Shown here: positions 62,606 to 64,000 of the stretch, piece by piece
How the letters are laid out: the number at the start of each line of letters is the position of its first letter
Numbering within the stretch: position 1 is the first letter of the stretch
From: Felis catus
Lineage: Eukaryota
Length of the DNA: 64,000 nucleotides
Direction of reading: 5' to 3'
Assembly (NCBI RefSeq): GCF_018350175.1
Contig: NC_058368.1
Location: 82,958,001-83,022,000 of the forward strand
Notes under the pieces: model-generated
The model's database searches: none
The model's input: the letters and a program-made list of their open reading frames with translations, nothing else
What the model was told of the DNA's origin: nothing
Position numbers and translations under genes: made by a program

Positions 62606-63063
62606 AAATAAAATGTAAAAAAAAACTAGTGTGTCAAAAAGAATGTGAAATAGAATGTACAAAAATATGTAGAGACAAATTAAAATGAATAATTCTGTGG
62701 ATACAGCAAAAGCTGTTCTATGACAGAAGTTTCTAACAAGACTAACTCAGAAAAGAGTAAATATCTCAAATAAACAATCTAACCTTACATATAAAAGAAC
62801 TAGAAAAAATAAGAAGAAAGTCAAAAACTAATAGAAACAAATACTAAAGAGCATAGCAGAAATAAATTAAAGACAAAAAAATGAAAAATATAAAGGAAAA
62901 TTAAAACTTTTTTGAATAATAAACTCAGACTCATCAAGAAAAAAAAAGAGACTGTAGTCAAAAAAAGCAGACATAAAGTAGAAATAACAACTGACACCAC
63001 AGAAATACAAATATTAACACTATACTATAAAATACTTATATGCCACTTATATGCCACTATTTA

Positions 63064-63270
63064 TGCCCAGGCTGTTCAGTGGGTTAAGCATCTGACTTGA
63101 TTTTGGTTCATGTCATGAACTTGCAGTTCATGATTTCGAGCACAGTATTAGGCTCTGTGCTGATAGTGCAGAGCCTGCTAGGGATTCCCTTTCTTTTCTC
63201 TCTGCCCCTCCCCTACTCTCTCTCTCTCTCTCTCTCAAAATAAATAAATAAACGTTAAAAAAATTTAAAA
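63064..63270 (+). mobile_element. CanSINE
   Basis: Degenerate head, (CT)n and aaataaataaataaacgttaaaaaa. Confidence 0.85.
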
Positions 63271-63613
63271 ATATACATGCAAACAAATTGGACACAGTAG
63301 AACAAATGGATGAATTCCTAGAAATGTATGATGTTCCCAATTTGAATCAGAAATAGAAAATGTGAACTTCCAAATTCATTCTACATGTCCAGCATTGCCC
63401 ATAAAACAAAACCAAATATACCAGAAGAAGAAGATCATGATGAAGCAGAAGAAGCAGAAGTATTAGGATGAGGGGAGGGAGGAGGACAAGGAGGAAATTA
63501 TAAACAAGTATCTCTGATCTACATAGATGAACGTGAATATAGAATAGAAAAGAAGAAATAGCATTTCCCATTTTTAAAGATAGTGTGATATTCTTTATTA
63601 AAAAATAATTTCA

Positions 63614-63817
63614 GGGGCACCTGGGTGGCTTGGTCGGTTAAGCGTCCGACTTCGGCTCAGGTCATGATCTCACGGTCTGTGGGTTCGAGCCCCGCGTCGG
63701 GCTCTGTGCTGACAGCTCAGAGCCTGGAGCCTGTTTTGGATTCTTTGTCTCCTTCTCTCTGTGACCCTCCTCCGTTCATGCTCTGTCTCTCTGTTGCAAA
63801 AATAAGTAAACGTTAAA
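63614..63817 (+). mobile_element. SINEC_Fc-type CanSINE
   Basis: Full CpG-containing head. TSD aaaaaataatttca at 63600-63613 and 63818-63831. Confidence 0.95.
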
Positions 63818-63892
63818 AAAAAATAATTTCAAGGATCTGCAAAACACATCCAGCAAAATTAAAGAATTCAGCAAAGTGAGCTAGTTCTAATC

Positions 63893-64000
63893 TAAAGACA
63901 TAGGGTGTCAGAATGGATAAAAATAACAAGGCCCACATATATATATGCTGCATACAAGAGGTTCTTTTCAGAGTAAAAGACACCTGTAGATTGAATAAAG
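63893..64000 (+). mobile_element. L1 ORF2 endonuclease-region fragment running off the window end
   Basis: aaagacatagggtgtcagaatggataaaaa...tgctgcatacaagag matches the ORF2 N-terminal region of other copies (e.g. 21772-21830). Confidence 0.75.

Larger units (their letters stand above)
60300..63890 (+). mobile_element. Old L1: ORF1 3' part, long inter-ORF region and decayed ORF2
   Basis: ORF1-like accaagaatactctacctg. ORF2 start region ~61305 (atgtcaataagtacagacctatcaataat). ORF 62026-62223 MNDTLNQ...YRTFHPKTAEY...IDHILGHK. (GAAA)n at ~60625-60690. Confidence 0.8.

Noticed and set aside
1..64000. A novel biological system, prokaryotic-type features (CRISPR array, operon) or an intact host gene
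   Set aside because: The long ORFs with recognisable protein similarity are L1 or OR-pseudogene fragments; the rest are antisense shadows or short chance frames. There is no repeat-spacer array and no intact CDS.

Overview
Mammalian genomic DNA, almost certainly from a cat-family carnivore: it carries SINEC_Fc-type tRNA-derived CanSINEs and felid/carnivore-type LINE-1s. By my boundaries roughly 85% of the window is retrotransposon-derived. It is a stack of nested L1 copies of several ages, including four full-length-type elements with 5'UTRs (310-7404, 10187-16193, ~42230-54325, ~46355-52689), plus a minus-strand element at 30580-35422 that has an intact 5' end but no 3' end. At least 16 CanSINEs are interspersed. 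Every L1 ORF1/ORF2 is broken by stops, frameshifts or deletions. The only host gene is a decayed olfactory receptor pseudogene of the OR2L subfamily (minus strand, 37466-38366), which fits an L1-rich OR cluster. I found no intact protein-coding gene and no evidence of a new biological system. The observations worth following up are retrotransposition and repair signatures: a short L1 3' transduction, twin-priming inversions, a probable internally primed L1, a tail-less young SINE, a microsatellite enclosed inside a SINE's target-site duplication (TSD), a template-switch duplication, and L1 5'UTR swapping. Subfamily names are by-eye assignments, not RepeatMasker output.
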